A stretch of 15,929 nt of DNA, from the UHGV virus genome UHGV-1341775; one strand, written 5' to 3'. Positions 1-7,816 of the stretch are shown one piece after another. Both the position numbers and the translations under genes were made by a program. The notes beneath the pieces were generated by a model, which did no database searches, had not been told where the DNA came from, and was given only the letters and a program-made list of their open reading frames with translations. Numbering within the stretch: the first letter of the stretch is position 1; each line of letters opens with the position of its first letter. The DNA is from a virus.

Positions 1-330
1 TTGGTTGCGCTCATGTGAATACCAGCCACACGACCATCTGCATTAACTGCCAGATTATATTTGCTGTTAATGGTTCCCTTCAAAGCATCGATCTTAACGT
101 CCGCTTCTTGGTTAACACCAGCAATCTTGCCATCCATTTCTACCCGAACTTGATCAATCTTGCTTGCGCTTGCCGCCTCACTGGTAGCAATTGCTTGTTT
201 CAGCGTAGTAGCAGATGCGCTAACTTCCGACGTAATATCGCCTTTCAGTTCAGCTTTAACCTGATCAATCTTAGTAGAGCTTGCTTGCTCACTGGTAGCA
301 ATCAGACTCTTGAGAGTATCGGCTGAGGCT
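1..330 (-). repeat. In-frame tandem coding repeats (about 111 nt / 37 aa period) inside the J-like fibre gene
   Basis: Minus-strand translation shows consecutive similar units SADTLKSLIATSEQASSTKIDQVKAEL... and SATTLKQAIATSEAASASKIDQVRVEM...; the plus strand shows matching repeated blocks (cctgatcaatctt...gctcactggtagcaat). Confidence 0.55.
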
Positions 331-2882
331 TGGACCGTCTTTCCGGTTTCGGTAGTAATCTGTTTATGCATTGCATCAATCTTAGCATCGGCATTAGCGC
401 CAGCTTGAGCAATAGCATCCGCGATGGTTTCATCTAAGCGATCTTGTAAACCAATCAGGTCTTCCAGTGCTTCTTTGTCCTGATCGTCCCAGCTAATGGT
501 AGATTTCATTTGCATGAAATACGGTTCAGACCAAACAGCATCACCCATACCGAAAATATCGTAGTGAGCACCACGGATATAATAATCACCGTCAGCCAAA
601 TCAAAGGAAGTATGACTAACGCTATTGGTAGTCACTGCCCTTGCATCGGAGAAAGTGTTATCGGTTGCATACTGAATGATTGACCCTGCATAGTCATGTT
701 CTACGTCATCCGCCCAGCTAACAAACGCAGTATTAAAGCCACCACGCGCACTAAAACCTTTCATCGGCTTATGTTGTGGGTTGATAGCCACTAAACGCGC
801 TGGGGCGCTCTCTGAGTTGTTATAGCCCTTAGCCGATACTTCTACCGTCAATTCACGGGAAAGGCCGTTAAACTGGTTCATATCAAGCGTATAGGTCCAT
901 GATTCAGGATCGCGGGTACGGTACTGAATAGACTTACCAGCCTTGTTAGTCACCTTGATAATGTAGGCTTCAAACAGGTCGCTAAACTTGTTAGCTTCGC
1001 CGTTGATCATCACATCTAATTGTTGCTGATTTTCCCATTCGATAATCAGATCATTGCCTTCGAAAGTACCAGGTGAACTACCCTGATTTTTGATGCGGAT
1101 CACTGGAGTCGGCAATTCATAGGTAACTTCTGGATTCTGGTTAACCAGTTCCACCCATTCGGAACGAGCAATAATACCGAAAGCACAAACGCGATAATCG
1201 TAGGAGCGATCTTTTGCCAGTGCATTGATATTGAAAATTTGCTGTGAAGTCTGTCCCAGCTTAATCCAGTTAGGTGATCCACTCACACGATAATCAATCT
1301 GGAAACCGTAGCGGTTAAAATCTTCCGGTGCGTCCCATGTCAAAGTTACGTTTTTACCGTGGATTGTCTCACCAGTTGCCTTAATTCTGAAATTAGTCGG
1401 TTTCTGTACTGTCATTGAATCCGGTAAACCGGTAGGTCTATTGTCTGGAGTCGCCGCATAGTTCAGGTCAGTATAAACCTGAGAATTATATTCTGTGGCG
1501 GTGATAGTCATCATCCCAGCAATACCAGAATCAATCGAGCGATCAATTGCAGTAATGCGCCAAAGTGAATTATTCAGTTTCAATTCATCATAGGTAACGC
1601 TAATAACATCCCACACTTCGGCAGTGAATGCGTCAGTAGTCATGAAGCTGATAACCTGAGTGATACGAGATTTATTTCGCTCAATGCTCGCGAGTTTATC
1701 AATCTGGGCTTTAGACTTAACAAAACGATATTCAATATCTTTAGCGATAATTCGACCATCTTGACGAATAGTAGCATCGTTTTCAGCATCAGCCGGATAA
1801 CGCAGCATTTGCTCTGAATAGTCAATTGATGGTTCTTGATACATCGCGTTAATGGTATTGAAATAACCGTTAGTGCCACCTGTTTTCAGTGATACTTTAC
1901 CCATCATAATATTGTCTTCATTGAAGGTATGCTTAACAATATCAGGAGCATCCAGTTTCAGGGTAATTCTTCCAAAGGATTCGAACATCACCCCGCCGAA
2001 AGTCTGCATAAGGCTAGTCAAGTTCTCTTTAAAGCTGGCGTTCGGATCACATGCACCGTTTGAATGTAGGTCCATCTGACGTACTTGCTTACGTACTTTC
2101 AGGAATGAATCAACGTTAATGTTTTCAATCGGTACTGATAAACCATATTTTTCATTTGTTAGGTAATGGAAAATCTGGTCCACGCCGTTAGTGCTAGCCT
2201 CAATAGCATTGGTTTCAAGGTTACGGATTTTTAAGCCCATAACATCGACCGCTACCTGGCTATTTGGTTGAAGGATATCAACACCAGCAGCCAAAGATTT
2301 ATCGTCACGACGTAACACAATACACATGGTCGCAATGCCGTTACCCTGATACCGATCATCCCAATCTGCGCCCAAATGATGTTTAGCCAGATCCAATGCA
2401 GTGTTAGGATTCTTACCCGTGCGGAACTCAACTTCTAAGACTTTCCGGTATTCTTCTTTAATGTTTCCTTTATCGAGAATACCATCACGAATTGTCATAT
2501 TCTGACTAATGAGAACATTTTTATTATCGATGTGCAGTGCTTTAAAGTGATCGATCTCACCTTCGGCAATAGCAAAAATTTGTACTAGTTTGTTATTTTC
2601 ACGCTGTGAAATTGCTTTGTAAACGCAGATTGCACCAGTTCGGGTAGTACCGAAAAGAACGGGTAATACTGTCTTAGGATCGTTTGATGTTCCTAGTGTC
2701 ACCGCATTATCTGGGCTTTGTACTTTCGGTGTTTTTGGTGCGCCTACAGTGGAAGCGATCAAGGTCATTGCACCAGCAGCCATACCGATAGCGACTGCGG
2801 TCATAACAGAAAATGTTGCAGCAGCAGCCATCCCAGCAGACGCACCAGCAATAACCGCGCCTACCAATATTTCAAATCCCAT
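1..2882 (-). CDS. Central tail fibre / host-specificity protein (lambda J-like); N-terminus complete, C-terminus beyond window start
   Basis: The minus frame is open from the ATG at 2882..2880 to the window edge (at least 960 codons). It is absent from the ORF track because no stop lies in the window, and no competing ORF is listed in that frame. The start overlaps the upstream stop as TAATG and is preceded by GGTGA. Translation begins MGFEILVGAVIAGASAGMAAAATF... and contains a J-like block (IFAIAEGEIDHFKALHIDNKNV), fibronectin-III-like repeats (NVTLTWDAPEDF...YDYRVCAFG; FNTAFVSWADDVEHDYAGSIIQYATDNTF) and C-terminal coiled repeats. Spot-checked codon by codon at the window edge (...GRVAGIHMSAT). 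Confidence 0.7.
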   Translation of the reverse strand, partial: MGFEILVGAVIAGASAGMAAAATFSVMTAVAIGMAAGAMTLIASTVGAPKTPKVQSPDNAVTLGTSNDPKTVLPVLFGTTRTGAICVYKAISQRENNKLVQIFAIAEGEIDHFKALHIDNKNVLISQNMTIRDGILDKGNIKEEYRKVLEVEFRTGKNPNTALDLAKHHLGADWDDRYQGNGIATMCIVLRRDDKSLAAGVDILQPNSQVAVDVMGLKIRNLETNAIEASTNGVDQIFHYLTNEKYGLSVPIENINVDSFLKVRKQVRQMDLHSNGACDPNASFKENLTSLMQTFGGVMFESFGRITLKLDAPDIVKHTFNEDNIMMGKVSLKTGGTNGYFNTINAMYQEPSIDYSEQMLRYPADAENDATIRQDGRIIAKDIEYRFVKSKAQIDKLASIERNKSRITQVISFMTTDAFTAEVWDVISVTYDELKLNNSLWRITAIDRSIDSGIAGMMTITATEYNSQVYTDLNYAATPDNRPTGLPDSMTVQKPTNFRIKATGETIHGKNVTLTWDAPEDFNRYGFQIDYRVSGSPNWIKLGQTSQQIFNINALAKDRSYDYRVCAFGIIARSEWVELVNQNPEVTYELPTPVIRIKNQGSSPGTFEGNDLIIEWENQQQLDVMINGEANKFSDLFEAYIIKVTNKAGKSIQYRTRDPESWTYTLDMNQFNGLSRELTVEVSAKGYNNSESAPARLVAINPQHKPMKGFSARGGFNTAFVSWADDVEHDYAGSIIQYATDNTFSDARAVTTNSVSHTSFDLADGDYYIRGAHYDIFGMGDAVWSEPYFMQMKSTISWDDQDKEALEDLIGLQDRLDETIADAIAQAGANADAKIDAMHKQITTETGKTVQASADTLKSLIATSEQASSTKIDQVKAELKGDITSEVSASATTLKQAIATSEAASASKIDQVRVEMDGKIAGVNQEADVKIDALKGTINSKYNLAVNADGRVAGIHMSAT

Positions 2883-3301
2883 TATTCACCCCCGAATCTA
2901 TAAACTTGTTCATAGTCAATGTCTGAAACAGGAATGGTCATCCAGATACCATCTTCTTCAACGAGGCCATAACCGGAATAATGAGGAACTACGGAATAAT
3001 ATTTGCGGTTTCCTAATTTGTGGGCTGTGACCAGTAAGTCGCCGTCCTGTAAATCATCAGTGACTAATTTGAAATGTTTCTTAATTGGTTGAAGGATATT
3101 TGAATACCCGCTTAATTCTTTGCAGATTTTCAAGCCTTCTTCTTTAGTTGAATATTTTTTATAAAGAGAATTATATAGGTCAGTACCAGCGAGAATATCG
3201 ATGATCTTACATGCAATTAGATTGCAATCATTCTCGCCTTGAACGAACTCCTGACCTATTAAAGAATTGATGTAATCGGTGATAAGCCTAGTTTTTAGCA
3301 T
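2882..3301 (-). CDS. Tail-tip assembly protein, NlpC/P60-like cysteine peptidase domain (lambda gpK-like, C-terminal half only)
   Basis: ORF 2882..3457 trimmed to the ATG at 3301, which has a perfect GGAGG 8 nt upstream (ATGGAGGTATTCAACATG). The longer start would overlap the upstream gene by about 110 nt. The 139-aa product MLKTRLITDYINSLIGQEFVQGENDCNLIACK... has a Cys in a GxxDC context and downstream His residues (LLVTAHKLG...VVPHYSGYG) matching the NlpC/P60 pattern. Stop overlaps the next start (TAATG). Confidence 0.55.
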   Translation of the reverse strand: MLKTRLITDYINSLIGQEFVQGENDCNLIACKIIDILAGTDLYNSLYKKYSTKEEGLKICKELSGYSNILQPIKKHFKLVTDDLQDGDLLVTAHKLGNRKYYSVVPHYSGYGLVEEDGIWMTIPVSDIDYEQVYRFGGE

Positions 3302-3347
3302 GTTGAATACCTCCATGCTGTTATTTACTAGGCTTAGGGAGAAGGGA

Positions 3348-4001
3348 TTATTTCTTCGATGAATGCCACTTACTTTCGCTATTCCACTTCCCGGCACGAG
3401 AGAAGAATAGATCGTTCTCGTTTCCAACATAGGATCGGTGGATACCATCGGAGGCATGACTTCGAGCGTTTTTATCTAGAACTTCCCAGATACTATTAAG
3501 CTGAAATTCTGATTCGTTTTTACACTCATCATCTTCATGTTCGATGTTAATACCGATGGAATCGACTACCCCACGGAAAACAGGGTAAGTGGTTTCAACC
3601 TTGCCCGTGTTGGGGTTAAGGAAAACCATCTCGATTTTCACATCAGATTTATCGAATTGCTTGTTTCGAATGAGAGTAATGTATTCTTCGCGAACGTTAG
3701 AAACGGTTACGTTAATCCCGTTGTTGTTGATCTCCTTCTCTTCGGTATTCGATGAGATTTGAAGGAAATCGCCCGTTGCGAGATACGTAAATCCGTTATA
3801 GTCCAAATCGAAATACCCATCTGTAAGCCGTAGAACATCCCCTGACGCGGTAATCACTTCGATAATGTGAAACATCGATCCAGTAGAGAAAAGCTGCGGT
3901 AGCGTCAATCTAGACACGTTCTGACCTGTCTGGTCGTTGTATACCTCAATGAAGTCAAGATTAGTGCATAGTTTGCTGAATGATTCCTGAATAGTTGCCA
4001 T
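3348..4001 (-). CDS. Minor tail / tail-tip protein (position of lambda gpL; family not confirmed)
   Basis: ORF 3348..4055 trimmed to the ATG at 4001..3999, which overlaps the upstream stop (TAATG) and has GGAG about 8 nt upstream. The 217-aa product begins MATIQESFSKLCTNLDFIEVYNDQ.... The call rests on position in the tail-tip cluster after the tape measure gene. Confidence 0.5.
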   Translation of the reverse strand: MATIQESFSKLCTNLDFIEVYNDQTGQNVSRLTLPQLFSTGSMFHIIEVITASGDVLRLTDGYFDLDYNGFTYLATGDFLQISSNTEEKEINNNGINVTVSNVREEYITLIRNKQFDKSDVKIEMVFLNPNTGKVETTYPVFRGVVDSIGINIEHEDDECKNESEFQLNSIWEVLDKNARSHASDGIHRSYVGNENDLFFSRAGKWNSESKWHSSKK

Positions 4002-4576
4002 TATACATTCTCCACTAATTCGAATTTCATCTTGCCAATCTGGGCGATCTTCCAATCGATATTTTCAGTTTTGAGAACAAATTCACCTTCTACGTTCTGA
4101 TACTTGATCACCTCACCCGCCAGGACGTTCTGACGCAAGTTAGGGAAGAGTTTCATTTCACCGCCTGATTTCACGTCTTCGGTGATCGTGTAGATTTTCT
4201 TGTGGTTCTCAAACTGGATGACAGTTCCCGCTTTCAGTGTTCCGGTGAAGTTGGAGATTCTCACCTTACGCCCACCGCGAGCAGTACCAGCAGCAGCCGT
4301 TACCATCTGGCGTACATCACCTGTATATTTTGAAAAGTAAGACAGTGGCACACTAAAAGGACGACCAAAAAGGTGACGTGCTACAAATTCTTTTACTTCG
4401 TTAATATCCTGAGCCATGTAATTCGCGGTAAATTCTGCTTCGTAAAAATGGATGCCAGTAAAGCGACGCTGGAACTTACCGGAGATAGATTGCGCCTTGA
4501 AGAAAGGTTGTTTTGATTTAAGAGTAAAATCTGTGATTTTAATATTCTTGGATTTGAACATAGAAAAAGCCCCCAT
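4001..4576 (-). CDS. Minor tail protein immediately after tape measure (distal tail protein / gpM-position candidate)
   Basis: ORF 4001..4597 (GTG start in the track) trimmed to the first ATG at 4576..4574, giving MGAFSMFKSKNIKITDF... (191 aa). An alternative ATG at 4561 lies just after a U-tract. The call rests on position between the tape measure and tip proteins; I do not recognise the family from the sequence. Confidence 0.45.
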   Translation of the reverse strand: MGAFSMFKSKNIKITDFTLKSKQPFFKAQSISGKFQRRFTGIHFYEAEFTANYMAQDINEVKEFVARHLFGRPFSVPLSYFSKYTGDVRQMVTAAAGTARGGRKVRISNFTGTLKAGTVIQFENHKKIYTITEDVKSGGEMKLFPNLRQNVLAGEVIKYQNVEGEFVLKTENIDWKIAQIGKMKFELVENV

Positions 4577-4607
4577 AGTTTTATGATTATTTATCACTAT
4601 GAGGGCT
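4564..4607 (-). terminator. Stem-loop with U-tract between the tape measure and the next gene (possible intrinsic terminator or attenuator, or a start-codon-sequestering hairpin)
   Basis: Minus-strand RNA reads AAAAGCCCUCAUAG-(18-nt AU-rich loop)-CUAUGGGGGCUUUUU. This gives a 10-11 bp stem with one G-U pair, flanked by an A-run 5' and a U5 run 3'. The 3' arm contains the ATG at 4576. Confidence 0.4.
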
Positions 4608-4612
4608 TTTAA

Positions 4613-7042
4613 TTACATCTTACGACGCTGTGCGTCTTCTACCGCCTGAGCAACTAACTTAGCGTGACGTTTGATAGCATCCATGACCATCTTGTCTGAG
4701 CTATTAACGTTGCCGTTAATGTTCAAAGGCGCATTAACTTCAATCGGCTGAGAGTTACCACCGCCTGATTTTTGAGCAGATAAGAAGTCTTTCAAATCAC
4801 CGTTAGTACGCTGATCAACTACTCGTTCACCCTTATCAAGCAACCATGTACCCTCACGAGGGATGTTATCAATACCATCATGAGCCATACCGCTAACGTT
4901 AGTAGACTTGATGTTTGCGATGTTCCCCATGTTCTGAGAAACAGCCAATGCAGCAGCAGCGATTTTTTGACCTGTGGTTACGTTGGTCGGATCGTTCCAT
5001 GCATCGGTAGCAGCCGTCCACATGTTCACCGTCGCTTGTCCGATAGAGAATGCTTTATGAGCATTGAAAGCCATCTGCATAGCTTTAGTGTTTTCCTGCC
5101 CGAAGAGAGTCATTGCAGCAGCAAAACCGCCGTACATATCATCGGCTATTGACTGGCGAGCATCAGCATATTTCTTCTCAATTGCAGCCATTCGTTTTTG
5201 ATGGTTTTCATTGAGTTTTTCTAATGCTTCCATCCGTTTAGCCGGATCGGTGATCCCATCAATCTTGAGTTTATCGGTTTTATAATCTTGTTCGGCTTCC
5301 GATTTCTCTTTATCGATTGCATTAAATTTAGCAAACGGGTTATTTGAGTCTTGATAGTCTAAGCTATTGGTCAACTGATTGGTTTTAAAACCATCCATTC
5401 CATGCAAAGAATCTTCAATCTGTGAATAACTTTGTTCGGTATCATTCACACGACGCATATATTCTTCGTAGGAGATAGCCTTACCATCAAGTAACCGTTT
5501 ATGGCTTTCTAACTCATTGTCCCTGATTTGTTGCAATTGTGTTAAGGCATTCAAAGCATCAACCGGATCAGCACCTAAAACCATTTTGTATACGTTTTCA
5601 GTATTCTGATCGATTAATGATTGGCGTTTCGCGGCTGCGTCTTGCTGAGAGATTAAGCCCAGATCTAAAGCAGTGTCCAAATCTTTCAAACTGGATTCTA
5701 ATTGCTTGTTTTGAGAAGCAATAGACGCGGCGACTTGCCCTTGCAATTTAACATCAAGTGCATTCAGTCGCTTGATTGCATCCTCGCGTGCTTTCTGTGC
5801 TTTTTCTGCGGCTTCCTTAGCCTTTTTAGCTGCCTCTTCCGCTTTCTTTTTGGCTTCTTCCTCGGCTTTCTTCTCGTTGCCAGACTTACCCAATGAAGCT
5901 GGTCGAGTTGGTGTAGTCGGGATAGTCAAATCACGGTTAGGATCTGCCTTGCGGGTTAGATGTTCCCCGTTATCGACAACAATCAGAGAGCCATTTTTCT
6001 TATAAGAATCACCAAAACGTTTCTTAAATCCTTCTACATCAAAGCCAGCAGTACGAGGATCGACACCAGCACCACGGATCGCGGCCTTTTCCCAATCTGC
6101 CAGATTATTCCAACGCTTTTCTTTATTGTACTTGTCAATAATTTTTTGAGCGTCTTTATGGTTGGCGTTAAGAATACCACCAGTTGCGGTCTTGCCTTCT
6201 TTATTCAGTCGATCTAATGCCCTGAATAGAGAACTCTTTTCCCAATCAATATTAAACCAGTCAAATAACCAGTTTAAGCTATCAACCAAAGGACCAGTAA
6301 TGGTCATGCCGACACCTTTCAGGTTATTTTCCAGCTTATTAATATTTTGAGAAAATTTATCATATTTTTTAGCGTTTTCTTCGGTGACGCTAACAGATTG
6401 ATTCTGAATAGCGATCATCGCCTCTTGAGCACTATTATATTTCTCAAGCTGGCTGGTCATATGGCTTGAATCACTGGCTAAAGATTCCATCATGAACTTG
6501 ATTTCAGCCATTGATTTTCCGGCTTTCTTCATGTCATAGAACACTTGGATCGCCGCTTTCATACCACCTTGCGGATCAGTCATGAAGTGAGCATAGTTTT
6601 CTAACTTAAGGCCAACCGATTCTAAGTCATCAGCAATACCACCACCGTTAGCCCACGCATCACCCATCTTATCTAAGGTGTCTTTGTTGATATCACCGAA
6701 TTTTTCAACTGTTAGGCCAGTACCAGAAAATTCCTTTTCCAGTCTTTGAAGGGATTCAATCGAGAGTCCGGTCGCCTTAGATACTTCTGAATATTGTTTA
6801 ACGTATTCCGCGCCAGCTTTAGCGGCTGCAACCACTGCGGTCGCAACTAAGCCGATACCACCAGCAGCCAAACCAGCAGAGCCAGCGATCCCACGAAGAG
6901 ATCCAGTCAGACCAGATAAGCCACCACCAAAATCAATATTACTTGCCTTTTCAGACAAACTATCGAGAAGGTCGGCGGCTTCATTGGTACTTCTCCTTAG
7001 ACCTTTATTATCCCCTTCTATTGTTACTATATGTCTTGTCAT
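4613..7042 (-). CDS. Tail tape measure protein
   Basis: The 809-aa ORF is the second-longest gene in the tail module and sits directly after two small chaperone ORFs. It has a long Lys/Glu/Ala-rich coiled-coil region (KKAEEEAKKKAEEAAKKAKEAAEKAQKAREDAIKRL) and Gly/Ala-rich hydrophobic stretches near both ends (GIAGSAGLAAGGIGLVATAVVAAAKAG; GQKIAAAALAV). The ATG at 7042 is preceded by GGGG. Confidence 0.8.
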   Translation of the reverse strand: MTRHIVTIEGDNKGLRRSTNEAADLLDSLSEKASNIDFGGGLSGLTGSLRGIAGSAGLAAGGIGLVATAVVAAAKAGAEYVKQYSEVSKATGLSIESLQRLEKEFSGTGLTVEKFGDINKDTLDKMGDAWANGGGIADDLESVGLKLENYAHFMTDPQGGMKAAIQVFYDMKKAGKSMAEIKFMMESLASDSSHMTSQLEKYNSAQEAMIAIQNQSVSVTEENAKKYDKFSQNINKLENNLKGVGMTITGPLVDSLNWLFDWFNIDWEKSSLFRALDRLNKEGKTATGGILNANHKDAQKIIDKYNKEKRWNNLADWEKAAIRGAGVDPRTAGFDVEGFKKRFGDSYKKNGSLIVVDNGEHLTRKADPNRDLTIPTTPTRPASLGKSGNEKKAEEEAKKKAEEAAKKAKEAAEKAQKAREDAIKRLNALDVKLQGQVAASIASQNKQLESSLKDLDTALDLGLISQQDAAAKRQSLIDQNTENVYKMVLGADPVDALNALTQLQQIRDNELESHKRLLDGKAISYEEYMRRVNDTEQSYSQIEDSLHGMDGFKTNQLTNSLDYQDSNNPFAKFNAIDKEKSEAEQDYKTDKLKIDGITDPAKRMEALEKLNENHQKRMAAIEKKYADARQSIADDMYGGFAAAMTLFGQENTKAMQMAFNAHKAFSIGQATVNMWTAATDAWNDPTNVTTGQKIAAAALAVSQNMGNIANIKSTNVSGMAHDGIDNIPREGTWLLDKGERVVDQRTNGDLKDFLSAQKSGGGNSQPIEVNAPLNINGNVNSSDKMVMDAIKRHAKLVAQAVEDAQRRKM

Positions 7043-7045
7043 AAA

Positions 7046-7396
7046 TTACCCCGTTTGTGCGCTTCTGAGTTTCTCAAGCAAAGATGGATCGAACATGCTC
7101 AATGTTGCAGCTTTACGTTCTTCTTCTTTCTTGCGTGCAAGTTCTTCCAGTTCTTCTTTAGTTTTAAAGAGTTTTTCTTCTCTAATTAATTGGAATTGGC
7201 TAGGCTTGAGTTTACGTGCAGTTTCACGAGTCATTCCTTGTGACGTCATATACATGGAATATTGCAACATCGCATTCTGCATATCATGAAACGCGGGGCT
7301 TTGTGGTTCTAAGTAGGTGTCGAAAATGTATAATTTCCAAAACAGAGTGATTGGCATATTATCCATTTCATCTTTACTAAGCCCCGATCGCATCAT
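7046..7396 (-). CDS. Tail assembly chaperone, second ORF of the pair (lambda gpT-position; possibly made as a frameshift fusion)
   Basis: 116-aa ORF between the first chaperone and the tape measure gene. It lacks a recognisable Shine-Dalgarno motif. Its frame is the -1 frame of the upstream ORF and is open for 15 nt before that ORF's stop. Confidence 0.5.
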   Translation of the reverse strand: MMRSGLSKDEMDNMPITLFWKLYIFDTYLEPQSPAFHDMQNAMLQYSMYMTSQGMTRETARKLKPSQFQLIREEKLFKTKEELEELARKKEEERKAATLSMFDPSLLEKLRSAQTG

Positions 7397-7425
7397 TTGC
7401 CGAAAATAGAAATTCAGAAGCGGGT

Positions 7426-7734
7426 TTACTTTACCTCGTTTTCAATTACTGCCGGATCTTGCATCAATGATGCTTGAGCAACCAAACCGATTAATTCACT
7501 TCGAACGTTAGTATACAGTGCCTTAACTTGTTCCATAGATTCAAATACTGGCTTACCGTCTTCATCTTCAATACAACGAAGAATAGAGCGTTCATCACGG
7601 TCTTCTTTATCAGTATTGAAAACATGTTCATTAAATTCTTTTACTGACATAGGGCGAGCATAGAAAGTGAATCCACCGATGGTCAAAGATTCGCGTTTCG
7701 GAGAGAGTGCGGCTAACATTTCGTTAATATTCAT
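7426..7734 (-). CDS. Tail assembly chaperone, first ORF of the pair (lambda gpG-position)
   Basis: 102-aa acidic ORF directly downstream of the tube protein gene and its terminator. It has a strong Shine-Dalgarno motif (AAGAGGAAA) and ends ...GTA AAG TAA. Confidence 0.55.
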   Translation of the reverse strand: MNINEMLAALSPKRESLTIGGFTFYARPMSVKEFNEHVFNTDKEDRDERSILRCIEDEDGKPVFESMEQVKALYTNVRSELIGLVAQASLMQDPAVIENEVK

Positions 7735-7779
7735 TATTGTTTCCTCTTAAGTTAATTCGATATGTTTATTTAGAATTGG

Positions 7780-7808
7780 AAACAAAAAAGCCACCCCGAA
7801 GGATGGCT
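7780..7808 (-). terminator. Rho-independent terminator after tube protein A
   Basis: Minus-strand RNA reads AGCCAUCC-UUCG-GGGUGGCU followed by UUUUUUGUUU. This is an 8-bp GC-rich stem with a UUCG tetraloop and a U-tract, 9 nt after the stop of the 7817..8287 gene. Confidence 0.75.
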
Positions 7809-7816
7809 AGAGAATA

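Noticed and set aside
15-326. 103-aa plus-strand ORF at the window start
   Set aside because: It is antisense to the repeat region of the J-like gene. The minus frame is continuous and coherent across it.
2749-3030. 93-aa plus-strand Ala/Pro-rich ORF
   Set aside because: It is antisense to the Gly/Ala-rich N-terminus of the J-like gene and the end of the K-like gene, so it is a composition artefact.
3302-3457. Longer start for the K-like ORF (Met at 3457 as in the track)
   Set aside because: It would overlap the upstream gene by about 110 nt and lacks a ribosome-binding site. The ATG at 3301 has a perfect GGAGG at 8-nt spacing.
4577-4597. GTG start of the 198-aa track ORF
   Set aside because: It has no Shine-Dalgarno motif and lies in the loop of the inter-genic hairpin. 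ATG 4576 or 4561 is more plausible.
5539-6350. Cluster of 61-85-aa plus-strand ORFs
   Set aside because: All lie antisense within the tape measure gene's coiled-coil region. The Lys/Glu/Ala codon repeats give open antisense frames. None has a ribosome-binding site.
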